DNA of 60,385 bases, the filler included, from Sphacelaria rigidula (taxonomy: Eukaryota), in NCBI GenBank assembly GCA_964200075.2. It is 4 parts of 4 records of this genome, joined end to end, with 100 filler letters (N's around TTAATTAATTAA, not from the genome) between each part and the next. Parts side by side here need not be neighbours in the genome. Positions count along the whole stretch, not along the records: positions 30,256 to 45,271 come from CAXNAA020001938.1; positions 45,372 to 60,385 come from CAXNAA020001939.1; 2 more parts are not named here. One strand, given 5' to 3'. Shown piece by piece: positions 35,101 through 46,867 of this stretch (the stretch's first letter is position 1; every line of letters starts with the position of its first letter). The translations under genes were made by a program, and so were the position numbers. Under the pieces are notes generated by a model, which was given only the letters and a program-made list of their open reading frames with translations, did no database searches and was not told where the DNA came from.

Positions 35101-36214
35101 TGCTGTCTGTATGTCGCCTTGCCCGCTCCTTTTCTACATCGCGCCTGCACGCTGTGCGAAACACACACACCATCTAGACAGTACAGATCGCCACTGTTGT
35201 TGTACGGTCTGTACTGCCTGTACTGTACTGTCTATTGAAAATAAGTCAAGAAGTACCGCTTCACGAATTTTGCTTAGCCTTTTCGATTTAAAGCGTGCAA
35301 ATTCGCTCGGACCCGAACATAGCAAAACGAACTGAATCAGTTCCGCCGCACGAACTCGTTCGAGTCGAAGAAAATTTGATGAGACACGGCCTTTTTGTGC
35401 TTCAGAGGTGCATCACCTGCAAATCTCCCAAAAGTTAGTTCGCGCAGTACCTGGTATTGCTCGCTTATCTTGTCGTGTCCATCATCGCTTCATGTATTAC
35501 ATCCCACGATGACTTTGTGTGCCTCAACTGCTACCACAATTGTTTCGTACACGTTGCCGCCGCCCCGTAGGGAAGTTGTCTGTACCTGGTCGCTGGGGGC
35601 GAAAGACATGTCTGAGGGACAGAGTGGTTCAGTCATGATAATTATACTCCGTAACTTGTGCGTTTTTCAGTGGTCTGTTGTGGGTAAAATAGCAGCTGGT
35701 TTTTGGTAGCTTGTTGTGCCGTTTGCCAACAGTCGCGCGGTGTGTCGATCACTCGGCAGAGGTCTGGAGTCTGCAGGCCGTAGGAAAAGGTGGAAATCAG
35801 CGTGGTCTGCTGCGTCTCCAGACCGTAGGAAGAGGCAAAAAAAGCTTGGGCTGGTGCGTCTCCAGTCCGTAGGAAGAGATGGAAAGCAGCGTGGGCTGTT
35901 GTGTCTCCAGACCGTAAAAGGAGCTAAAAAGAGGGTTGAGCTGTTGCGTCTCCAGGCCGTAGGAAGAGATGAAAAGCAGCGTGGCCTGTTGTGTCTCTGG
36001 GTCGTGAAACGAGGTAAAAAGAAGCGTGAACTGCTGCGTCTCCGGGCCGTAGAAAGAGGTCAAAAGAAGCGTGGGCTGCTGTCTCTAGGCCGTTGAAAGG
36101 GATGAAGAGAGGGGTAAAAAGAAGTTCCTTGTCCAGTCGGTTTTGTCCCGTGCGCGAGGTTAGACCGGGGCTGTGGAAGGCCCATATTGGTCCAATGGAG
36201 GTACACTCTAGACA
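32148..36214. mobile_element. ~4.07-kb DNA-transposon-like element with long (>=110-bp) TIRs and decayed internal ORFs; family unassigned
   Basis: tgtctaaagtgtacctcaattggaccaatatgggccttccacagccccggtctaaccccgcgcacgggacagaaccgactggaca (32148...) is the reverse complement of ...tgtccagtcggttttgtcccgtgcgcgaggttagaccggggctgtggaaggcccatattggtccaatggaggtacactctagaca (...36214). Confidence 0.85.
35760..36110. repeat. 45-bp subterminal tandem repeat (~8 units) inside the right end of the 4-kb element
   Basis: ccgtag-like anchors at 35778, 35823, 35867, 35912, 35957, 36002, 36047 and 36090. One inverted unit sits at the left end (~32275-32300). Confidence 0.9.
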
Positions 36215-39166
36215 CAATTGGAGACAGCACAAGACAGAATGGGGTACAAGATAAATTGGTAGTGTTCGCGGGGTATACCTACTCCACTGTCGGACGAAGC
36301 GGGTACACTGCACGGCCCTTGTTTCTCGAGGCGCTGTTCCGCCACAAAACCGCGCTCTCTTTTTCGCGAAAGTTGGTTCACATGCTGTGCATGGGCTGTG
36401 GGCGCTTTGTCTTTGCGTCGGGATCGCTTTTTGAGTGGTCTGGGGCTGGCATGGATAGCCCCAACTTGCGCGGTTAACTGTACCTACTATTTGGCTGAAA
36501 TATGGGGAACTGGACCCCGTTTGTCTACAATAATACCCTTTATTTTACGTGGCATCGCCATCCTAGCTCCCTGCGTCTGCGGGCTGCGTATCTCCGGTGA
36601 TGTACGCCATGGTGCACCTGGGGAACGCTCTTGGAGCATATGGCTCCTTGGCCTCATCTCACTCGAAAGACTCGCAGAAAGTGAAGGCCATGCTGTGATG
36701 TGGGCATGTACTATATTCTTGCCAAGTTGTGCTTCCAGCTCCTCCATTAGTTCCATCTCTGACATACTGTACACCCGTATCACTTCCGGCAGGTATACTA
36801 GTAGAGCACAAGCTGGCATTGATCGTGGTGACTCACAGCATGCCTCTGCCCCTCTATCGAATAGGTCAGACGAGGGAGCAGTCAACGACCGTGTTGTTAG
36901 GATAGCGAGTACGGTAAGGTGTCTTGGTCGAACTACCGCGCATGTAACGACGTGGAAAGACGCCATGACCGAAATGATCTCAATGGGAGCAGAGACCAGG
37001 GGCGCTGTCGCAGATGACGTCTCCGTGAGCGGTGAACATCCAAGGCGGAGCAAGGGTACTCGAATCAAGTCTGCTTTTCATAGTAATTATATCTCAAACG
37101 GAGTGAAGGAATTCACTAACAATAAGAAGCATTAATGAATTCTGATTTGTTCACTTTTTGGTAAGTTTTAGCCAAATTTTGTCTCACGTCACGCCAGACT
37201 AGCATATACTTGGAATTACTCGCTCAGGTGTTTTACCCCAACTTTCGAGGGAGCAGCGCATCGAGTGTTCAAATACCGTCATTAGCGGTGTTGTTCCTTG
37301 TTGTCTTTCAACATGTCGCCTGCCCAAAAGTTGGCCCCAAATTCCGAGTCGACCAAGTTTACACAAAATTCTGAAATTTTGCTCGTTTTTGCGAGTTAAG
37401 ACCCCATTTTTGATTGGAGCAGTGCATCGACTATACAAAGACAGTGGCTTGTGGCCTTGTTCGAAAAACAAGCAATACGCGTGGATATCGGGCGATTCCG
37501 CTGACGTTCCTGAAAATGCAGCCACAATTGTTTCCCAGAGTCAATGGAGCTGAATTCCTCGCTCAAGGCTTAAGAGTTGGAACGTGTCTCTTCGGCACAC
37601 TTTTTTTCTATCGAAAAATCCGATGGAGAAGAACGATTTCGACCTGATAGGTATACAGCATTTTATTCGTAGCTGGCTCTATCTATTTTTTTAACTAGCA
37701 GCGCGCGGACAGGACGATAAGTATGCTGCGCTGAGGTTTTTCGATCGAACACGTGCGGAGGAGGGCACGACGCGGCACTTGGCTCCTATTGTGCAGACCA
37801 CGACGCCAGATACCACCCGTTGACAGAACCAGGCAAATCCCACACAAGTTACTCTCAGCTATCGCCGCAACCCGCAGGATACTTTAGAGCACGAGTTGTG
37901 CACAAAGGTACGTACACTTCATGTACTTGGCCTTGTCAGCGCATTCGATCGTCTTTTCGATGTGCTGCTTGTATCGAGGCTCGTTGAACACCACGTTGTG
38001 CCCGCAGCCCTCCCTCACTCGCGACGATGCCCCTCCTCCCCTCACTCATCCCAATGGCGATCCACGCTAAAACGCAGGAAATCTTTATATGACAGCGAAG
38101 AGGGACTAACAGGCACACAGATCCAACGTGGTGCTTTCATGAACACGGGCAGCAAAGATGTTGGGCGAGACCCAGACTGGGATAAGGAGACAAGGCGGTG
38201 GAAAGGCGAATACAACAACTGAAAAAATCTGGGAGACGGTCGGCCAGAGCAGCCTTTCAACCCTCAAAATTTTCGTTGCGTCGCGTTACACTCTGGGATT
38301 GAACAGGGTCGAGCAGCCAGGCATGGCAACATTTGATAGTTCCCAAGGAGACGGGAGTCTTGGCCACGTCGAAAAACCGAGTAGCACGCACACACCGAAA
38401 CGTGCACTCGATAGGCTGAAGCGGGGAGAATCAGAGTTTGAGGAAGGCATAATGCAGATCTCGTGGACGCACTTATCGTTGCCAATTGCTGAATATGTGA
38501 TGCGTTTGGTTGCGAGCTCGAAATCAGCAACCTACCCGTGCAGCATAGGGACTTGCTACCGCCGGTCCTTACACGTCCCGTGCCTTTTGTTTATGGTGAC
38601 GCATGGCGTATTCAAGAGAGCGGACATGAAGGACGAACTGGACGGATGTTATACGCCCGGTTATTTAATTTTTTCCGCATCGAACGAAAGGCTCACGAAG
38701 AGTCATAGAACATGCGATGTATGGCGAATAGGGGAACATAGCGCATGTGCACATAGCAGTGCGCCGCTTGCCTCAATCAGCGCGGTCCCGAGTTGTTGAC
38801 CTTGAGGGTAGTACGGTTTCAAGTGTGTTGAACGCAGGGTTCTGTAAAGATCGCGCAAGGGAGAGTATCGAGAGCAAGGATGCTATGCATATAATGGTGG
38901 ACGGATGATGCTTGTCGTGGTGCGGGTATCGTAACACGTATATTGTATACACGGAGGCGGCGTGTCCAGCAGAACCTCGATTCAGTTTGACCCGATCGAT
39001 CGCGAAGCCCGGTAAGGCTCGTCGGGCGTCGGTATCTGTACATGCATTGAAGAGCGGCCAATGCTGATGTCTCATCATCGTTGACCTGTCGATATCTAGC
39101 ACATTGGTGCGGGCACAACATCACGAGGATCTTGGTTTTCACACATGCCCGTTCGTTCGGCAAAAA

Positions 39167-42100
39167 TCAAGTTCCGCACTCTGCCCGCGCTTGGGCGAGC
39201 ATGTCGCGAACGTTTCTGTGCGACAAGTGCTCTGATCCGTACATGATTTGGATTGCAGACGCAGCCTCCTCCAAGTACGGCACCGCTTGCGCAGGTTGTC
39301 GTCTCCATAAAAATAGCTGAGTATAGCAGTGGCGAGGGAAGGGCAGAGGAGTGACGGGGGGCGGTGGGTTACTGCGCTGGTAGCGTCGGGAGTGCCGATG
39401 GGAAGATAAAAGTACCTCATGTGTCAAGGACAGCAGATGCTTTTCGGACGACACTTGTGCGTTTTGATTTGTAAATATGTTACTTAATTTCCTTGTCCTA
39501 TGGTTTCAATATTTCATGTGCGATAGCCGATCACTCCATGCATCTATCAATCCAGTGTTGGACAAAACCCGGGCAGTTATTCTGCAACGTAGGGTTGACA
39601 CGTACATCTTCTCCCATATAGCACGAATTTGTGAGAATCCAATGGAGAGGGATAACTAAACCCAATCCATGCCTTTGCTGTCACGACAAATTCTCGTTTT
39701 GTAGCGTTTACTTCCAACCACGGCATGGCTCACCTTTCCCGCGATTGCCAACTGGTTGGCCCAGCTCGGAAAGAAGGGCGTGATAGCCGACCAGCAGATA
39801 CGTTGGCTCTCGATCCCCTCGCAAGCATACTGCGCTGCCGGATCCCACATCTGGGGGTGTACAGTGGAAGATGCACGCAAAAATCGGGAAGGGGGGCCGG
39901 GAAAGCAGCAGCAACGATATTTGAAACGTGAGCTCTTGTTCGACGTCTGCTTTGTTTGCTGATGTGGTACACCACATTCCCATGCACGAGGAAAGTGTAT
40001 CTCGGTTCCTCCACCAATGACGATGTGCAGTGGAAGCGACGGCGACAAAAGATGAAGCTGTCAGCTACTGAAACGCCCATAATGTCCATGTGATGAATCG
40101 GTTGGGCGAACCAGTTGTCTGTAGACGATCAAGAGGTTAACATTGTCGTGCGTATACCTGGAGCGCTCTAAACAATTTACTTGAACTGTTGCCCCGGGTT
40201 TACCCGAGTATGCGCGCAACAGCCTATTCTTGAGAGGTAATGTCTCGTTTGGTCAACCGGTCTGCTTACAAAGTAGTACTCAAAACAGTGGACCCTCGTT
40301 AAAAGCGCTAGTAGGCAGCTGTGGCCTACGTCAGTGTACTGAAGTGACCGCCACTTTTTCAGCTGCCATTACTCAATCGGAGACGTAAATATGCCGAAAA
40401 TATTTCGAAGAAGCGTAAGCCATGTCCCCGTCTCGCACCTCCAAGTCTAAACCGACGCTCACTAGCGCCGCGAAAATTTCGGCCATCATCCAGTTTCCAC
40501 GGTGCAGGCATTTTCTCGCGCGTAACTTAGCCTGCTCAAAATCCTCCATGGACATCGTAGAGTCAAAATGGCCATCTATCCCAGCTCGGCTTACTCCCAG
40601 TATGTCACCGACAGCTGTTCCCTCTCGCTCCGCCTGCCAGGCACACCGGGCTGCCCCGCACTTGTCACATGTCAGTAGATCGCCAGGCTTCGATATATTC
40701 TTCCCTTCACGCGACATGGGCGGGCACACCCCTCCGCATTCAAGGACGGGACAGGCGTATCCGTCCATTCGAGCGTCTTCTCGTTCACCTTCAGACGAGT
40801 CGCAGCGCTCGCACCTGAACGCCACACCGAAAAACTTGAAACGTGAACAGGACGAGGACATTGTTTCCAATTTCGAACACGAAAGCACTGTAAACGAGGA
40901 CGTTGTTGAACTATCTGCAGAAGGATAAAACGAGAATACCATCAGTCTGGCATGTGTCAGGTGGCGGTCGGAGAACATGGTGCCGAAAACACTATGCTTG
41001 GTATTTCCCTGATTTTGTATAACTTGTCACAGGTTCAATATTTTTCACACCGCAATTGCACTTACGCCCGATCGGCTGGAACAATTGCTTTCGCGGCTGA
41101 CGTTAGATGGCAGCAGCGAAAATATCCGCACCGACACATGAGCTCAAGGCGAATCGACGCATATTTTTCTGTACAGAAAGCATGATTGAAGGATCTTGGA
41201 CGTGCGAGTCGAATCAAGACTGATTTGGGATCATGAGCAGCTGCCCGCAAAGTTTGGAAATAAAAAACAAAGACGACCAAGAGACAGACAGGCAGGCATG
41301 AGACCAAAAGAAGGCACACGCTATATACCTGCAGTCGAAAAAGTAGCTCTCTTTCAACAGCTTCCGTCTGATTCGCCCAGGCCGCGCAAGACATGTGATT
41401 CCGATCGTGATTTCTTCGCCTTGTCGAATCGGTCGTATGCACCGCAGCGACAAAGTCCGGCCGTGAAACGCGAACGTTTGGATGGCGTTAGGCCTGCAAG
41501 AGTGGTTTGCAGGTGCCACCTCGAGGTACAGCCCGCACCCTTTGACACCAGTCCCCAGTTCATGCGTGATTGAGAACGTCTGCAAGTTTTCAGCAAGACC
41601 AGGAGGAAACTTGGATCAAATGCAGAGTAAAAAACGCAACAAAGAGCCATGAAATCCCGACAGTAGGTTTCTCTGCGGGCGGGCAGTTCAACTTCAGTCC
41701 TTCATCCTTCGACAGAGATGCGTTATTTCATGGTACACATGTGGACCCCCCCCGCCCCCGCCCCGTCCACCGTCGTTTAGTGACTGCGAGCCTGGTCCAG
41801 CAAAAACCCGGCGTATTCCGTCTCAGCTTTGTAGGGATGCAAAGTTTATAATATGAGTTTTGCACGTGAAATTATGAGTACCCCCGCCCCCTCCCCCTGA
41901 CAGCCTTACTCACGAACCGACATATCGTGGCGTGGTGGACATGCTGTATCTCAACACTTCAGGAGATGATGCTGTGAGGCTAGGATTGAGGTGAGACTGA
42001 TTCACCTTGCACTATAGCTCCCGCATTAGAGCTCGAGTTACGGGTACCGCGCAAAGGTGGGGTTCAGGGTAGGCCTTGGTACGGGAGATGAATTTTACAG

Positions 42101-42432
42101 ACTAGGTACAGGTTAGAGCTATACATAGATCGGACGAACATTGGACGACAACTCAATAGTATAATTTCAGGTAGATGGATCGAACTTACGTTGCAAGATA
42201 GCTTCCCAAGTAAGCCATACACGGCTTCCACTATCCCGTCAAAACCTCGGCCGTCTGTTGAGGGCCAACACAAAGCCGCTTCTCCACCGCCCGAGACACA
42301 CATGGATGATACGAACGTCGCCATTAAGCGGTACTCAGTTTGTTGCTCCGGGGTTCTGTTCACGTTGTGATCGATCAGCTCCGCCACGTCCTTCCGCACC
42401 TGACAAAGGGTACAAAGCGACCGTTGCATGGG

Positions 42433-42477
<45 letters not shown>

Positions 42478-45400
42478 AGTAAACAACTTATTAGACTACG
42501 AAAGGTAGCAAACCATGGGCAATAAAATGTTCGGCGTAGGCAAGCCAAAAAAGTTACTCCAGGAGAACAAAACGGATCTATGCGAGACACTCACTAGTGA
42601 CGGAAATGTGATGCCTAAAATGTTCCAACCAACACGCAGATGGAAGAAATTACACGTCCGACGGAAAAGTAAAAAGCCATGCGTATTACAGGTACGTGTT
42701 CTAGAACACGCCTTGTTCTACACGATACTATCGTGTGACGAGGGTTGGCGGTAGTTCCAGCATGAATACCATATCTGATAGCGTTTGAAAACATATTCTG
42801 GAAAAAGGGATATTCGACACGAGATATTCGACGACGTTTTGTGATATTATTTTGAATGAAAAGACGTTCACCAACGTTTGGGCAGCTGTTTTGTTCACAT
42901 CATGTTATGTTCGGCGAATGGAGATAGAACAGAGCTATAATCTGCCCGAGACTCCATGAGTAGGCCTTGCGCGAAGCAATCTACTAATGCTGAAGCCAAG
43001 GGGGCCCCTGACAAAGGGTGCATAAGCAATTGTTTGCCTTCTTGGAGAATATAAATTGCTCCAAACTGAAAGCAATATTTGACAACGTTTTAGAAGATGT
43101 TTCGACTTCAACAGATGAGTTATGTTCTGTTTTGTCGAACGCATGAAAAACCGTTTATGTGCGGTAACACGAGCGATATTGGCAACAAAAGCACGAGCTA
43201 CCGCGCATGCCTTGCAGAACAGGCACGCGCGCACATACACGCACACAGACACAAACCACCACCAGCAACGACAACACCAACACGCCCGCGCTGCGACTTG
43301 AGGGAGTACTAATGACTAACTCACCTGATCTGGCGACGGCGTGGTGCTGTCGCTGTTGTCAGCGGAGCGATTCATGAGATAAAGAATTCGAGCAGCCAAA
43401 CGGAGGGTGCGAGTGGCCTTGCGAGTTCCTGATATTCCCGAATGTGTACAGCAGAACACGAGATGAAGGATGGAGCACGCAATGGGTTGGGATTGAGAGA
43501 GAGAAACATGGGCGCGTGAGAAATCGAGTGGACAACGGTGTGGCTTTTCATTGCTTCAATACGTACCTTGCTGTGGCTGGTCGGGCCGGAGAGCTGGTGG
43601 AGCAAACACTGGTGGATACTCAAACGACACTAACGGGGATTGGCGTGGTTTACCATTTGACGAACTAAGCACTTGATTTGAAAAAAATGCACATAGAGCA
43701 AAATCCTTGATCGTCGGTACCAAGGGTGTCATGGATCATGACAAGCACACAAGCTGCGTGAAACTGTATCACGCAGATCCGCGTAAGCCAATGTACCCAC
43801 TCCCCCCCCCCCCGCGCGCGCGCAACACCCAGTAAGGAAAGTAGTGTGATGTACAATGGAGAAAAGTGACTCCCTCCTCCATAGCTCTACACTAGTTTTT
43901 GTTTCACGGCACAGCCCAAGTATGTGCGGCACAGTAATGAAGTCGCCTCACCGCGACTTCTTTCGGACTGCCACGCCTTGCACTCTATCTTGTGCTCCAC
44001 CCAATCCACCTTCTGGCACTTCCGCGAGCAGTACCAAATGTTCTGCAAGACCACGCGCGGCAAGGAGTGATAATTTTATGGGGAGGTGAGGACGTGACGA
44101 CGGCTGGCGTGGACCAGATTTGTGGTAATGACTACTTTGTTGATGCCAAGCAAGACGAGGAGCACCACAAGCGACGGTAGTGGCAACGGATTCAGCGTGC
44201 AGGGAAAGCTGCACTTCGTGAACGTTTAGGATCACCATCTACCGGATAACAACGGGCCTACTTCAATCCAGTCGGCATGCAAACGCCTTGCACCCGTTTG
44301 TTTGGGTACTGTCGGATCACAACAGGGAAAAGCACGTCATCCACCATGAGAAACCAGTGGGAGAGCACCTTGCAAGACGAACAGCGGCTGCCTTTTTTGC
44401 TTCCTCCGTCGCCGAGTATACTCCCGAAGCATCGTGCGCAATGCACGCGGACATGGGTATCCTCTAGTACCGCGCTCAGGGGCTCTACCTCCAAGACCTG
44501 AAACGGCCCAGCGAAAAAGTATTGTCAAATGGAGAAAAACAGATGTTTATGAGGGGTGTTTTTGCTCAACACTTCAATCAATTAAAAAATGTTTTTTTGT
44601 TGAATAAATCTCAAACGTTTTCTTCGAGGCGCGCGCGCGGGGGGTAAGGACTTAAAAGTTGGATGTTTTTTCTCTCATACACGCAAGTAGACTTTCCGAA
44701 AAATATCTTAACACGTCGACACAACAACACCGCAACACAGCCACGAAGCAGCAGTGCAACATATCAATATGTGCAGCAAGTACGACTCTTGAGCAATCAT
44801 GCCCCATTTCGCAAACACAAGCGGCTGCCTACCCATATCTTGCCGATCTGACAAAAACGCCGTATCACTTCCCGCCCCGGCGACCCCATCTTATTTCACC
44901 AATGCTCCCCTCAATCGCGGATACGACGTCTTTTTTACCGCCGGCGCCAACGCTATAACTCGCGCTTGACACTCATCCATATGCTGCAGGACCACTCCGG
45001 CGCGACCTACTTGCCCGTGGGGTATGTACACAAGAGCGTGCAGGTCGCGAACGCCTCCGGAGCCAAATCCGCAAGAAACTCGATTTATTTTGACAACAGT
45101 CGTACTCGACGGCAGCTCACAGCAGGGTAGTAAAACCTCACATATTTTGTCGTAGGGCAGGATACCACAAACGTGGTCGGCGATGAGTCTTCTGCTCAAT
45201 ACGAGCTGGGCCAGCCTAAAAACGGATTTAACCTCTAAAAGTAATATCTCATCGACACAGACGAGTTGGGCNNNNNNNNNNNNNNNNNNNNNNNNNNNNN
45301 NNNNNNNNNNNNNNNTTAATTAATTAANNNNNNNNNNNNNNNNNNNNNNNNNNNNNNNNNNNNNNNNNNNNCAAGCGACGCCAACCCCATCGGGGGTCCG

Positions 45401-46540
45401 CCCCTACAAAGCCGGGACGGAGCACGCCGGGTTCTCGCCGGACCCACCAGTAGGGGAACTACGTGCTCATTTTGACGACCGTGATTGATCAGAATAGTCA
45501 TTCCGCGCCTCTCGGGCCTCGTGAATGGCTTAGAATATTCCGCAGGAAGCTTCCAAACACACATGGTTGACTTGGTGAGCCTATTGGCTGCTCTGCGGAC
45601 AGACAACTCCCCCTCGCCCCCCAGAAACCACCCCTCCGGCCACTGGAACACCCCGAATGTCTCAGGACTGTCAGTCTGTTAAACTGTTCCGAGGCGACGC
45701 TCGCTGTCCAAGGGTTGACCCTTTGACCACGAGGATAGATCACCTGCTAAATCGGCATCAATATTCACTTGAAAAAAGTATGCATGATCCCGATGGACTA
45801 CCCGCACCGCGGTCCAAGGGTTAACCCTTAGACTGCGAGAGTAGGTCATCATCTATTGTAATGAATCGGCATCAAGTTTACTTGAAAAGTAGGCATGGTC
45901 CAGATGGACAACCCGCATCGCGGTCTTCGGGTCAAGTAGCGCTGGTTTGGGAGACCAACGTATGCCCAAACCTTACTTGTGTACGATAACAGGAGGCGAA
46001 TGCGGGATTTACTGCTGGCCCAGTTCGTACAATACAACTTCTTAAACTGGTAGTCTCTTCGTCGGTAAATGGCTTCACAAATAATCTAGACACTTGGAGA
46101 GCTATGCATTTGAAGCATCGAACGCCCGGAATGTCTACTCTGTGCGGGCAGAGTACATGTTGATCATTGTGCTCACCTCAGCGTCGATAGTTGCCTTGTT
46201 CGCCCCAGAAGCTTTCAACTGCCGAACGCTGTCCCCAATGGCAGTGATCTCGGCCTGTCGGGTCCGCATTTCTCAATGTCAGAGCATTTGTGAAACAGAT
46301 CGAGACTGCAACATGAAATTGTGTACGTAAACTTGTTCGCCACTGATAACGGCACTCAGCGTTGAGTGCGCGGCAGCTGAAGCTGCGTCGCAACACGTCG
46401 TTCAGACAAGTTGGGTAAAACAAGTGTGTTTGTGAGTGCTACCACACTATCTGGACTGCCTGTAGTACTGTATCAGTGCCGCCGCTACTTTTTTAAATTT
46501 GAGCTAAGCCCAAACTACTCACCTGGAGTGCATCTGTCAT
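39167..46540 (-). CDS. SMYD-family SET and MYND domain protein (lysine methyltransferase-like) with C-terminal TPR-like helices
   Basis: Exons: 46540-46523 (MTDALQ|GTGAGT, tentative), a possible extra exon ending at 45011, then 44497-44369 (CARC...RCSSCK), 44042-43952 (YCSRKCQKVDWVEHKIEC, MYND), 43428-43325, 42399-42190, 41579-41329 (NHSCRPN, GEEITI, YFFDC), 40814-40439 (RCERC post-SET), 39850-39734 and 39316-39167 (YGSEH...*). All from 44497 downward are in phase with GT-AG ends. Confidence 0.9.
42431..42478 (+). repeat. (GGGTGA)8 telomere-like hexamer microsatellite in a SMYD intron
   Basis: Eight perfect units, about 30 nt from the acceptor at 42400. Confidence 0.95.
45202..46027. mobile_element. 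Tc1/mariner-like non-autonomous element (spans an assembly gap) carrying tandem piggyBac-like minis
   Basis: TA|CGAGCTGGGCCAGC ... GCTGGCCCAGTTCG|TA. The same terminus recurs at ~49634 and 59910. Pairing of the two ends across the gap is uncertain. Confidence 0.55.
45719..45931. mobile_element. Two tandem copies of the ~100-bp piggyBac-like mini-MITE, plus the tail of a third ending at 45714
   Basis: AAGGG|TTGA|CCCTTTGAC...CAAGGG|TTAA|CCCTTAGAC...CGGG|TCAA. Confidence 0.7.
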
Positions 46541-46867
46541 GATGGCACGGCTACCTCCGAACTTCCTCTTTTTTCTGATACACTCTCTGCTGCTCTGAGC
46601 AGAGGCAATGGAGGGGCTGCAGCTTCCCGGTGTTGACTCCGTCTTGTCACACAGCAGAGGACAGACCGCGACTTGGCCGGTTTCTTGTGGCTACGGAAGC
46701 TTGAAGCTTTCACCGCACGAGAACATGACCACCACCGGGCGAAAATAGATCATGGCACCCTTGACCGCATTTAGTGCCTTCGTTCTCGAGGCTCTAGGCC
46801 TGGTGCAGGCAGTGGAAGAAGGTGTAACAGTAGTAGCTGACCCGAGCAATGAGAGAGGTTAGGCAAC

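Noticed and set aside
44830..44980. Alternative SMYD first exon with an in-frame stop, suggesting a pseudogene
   Set aside because: There is no phase-0 GT donor, better candidates exist at 46523-46540 and 45011, and all downstream exons are intact.
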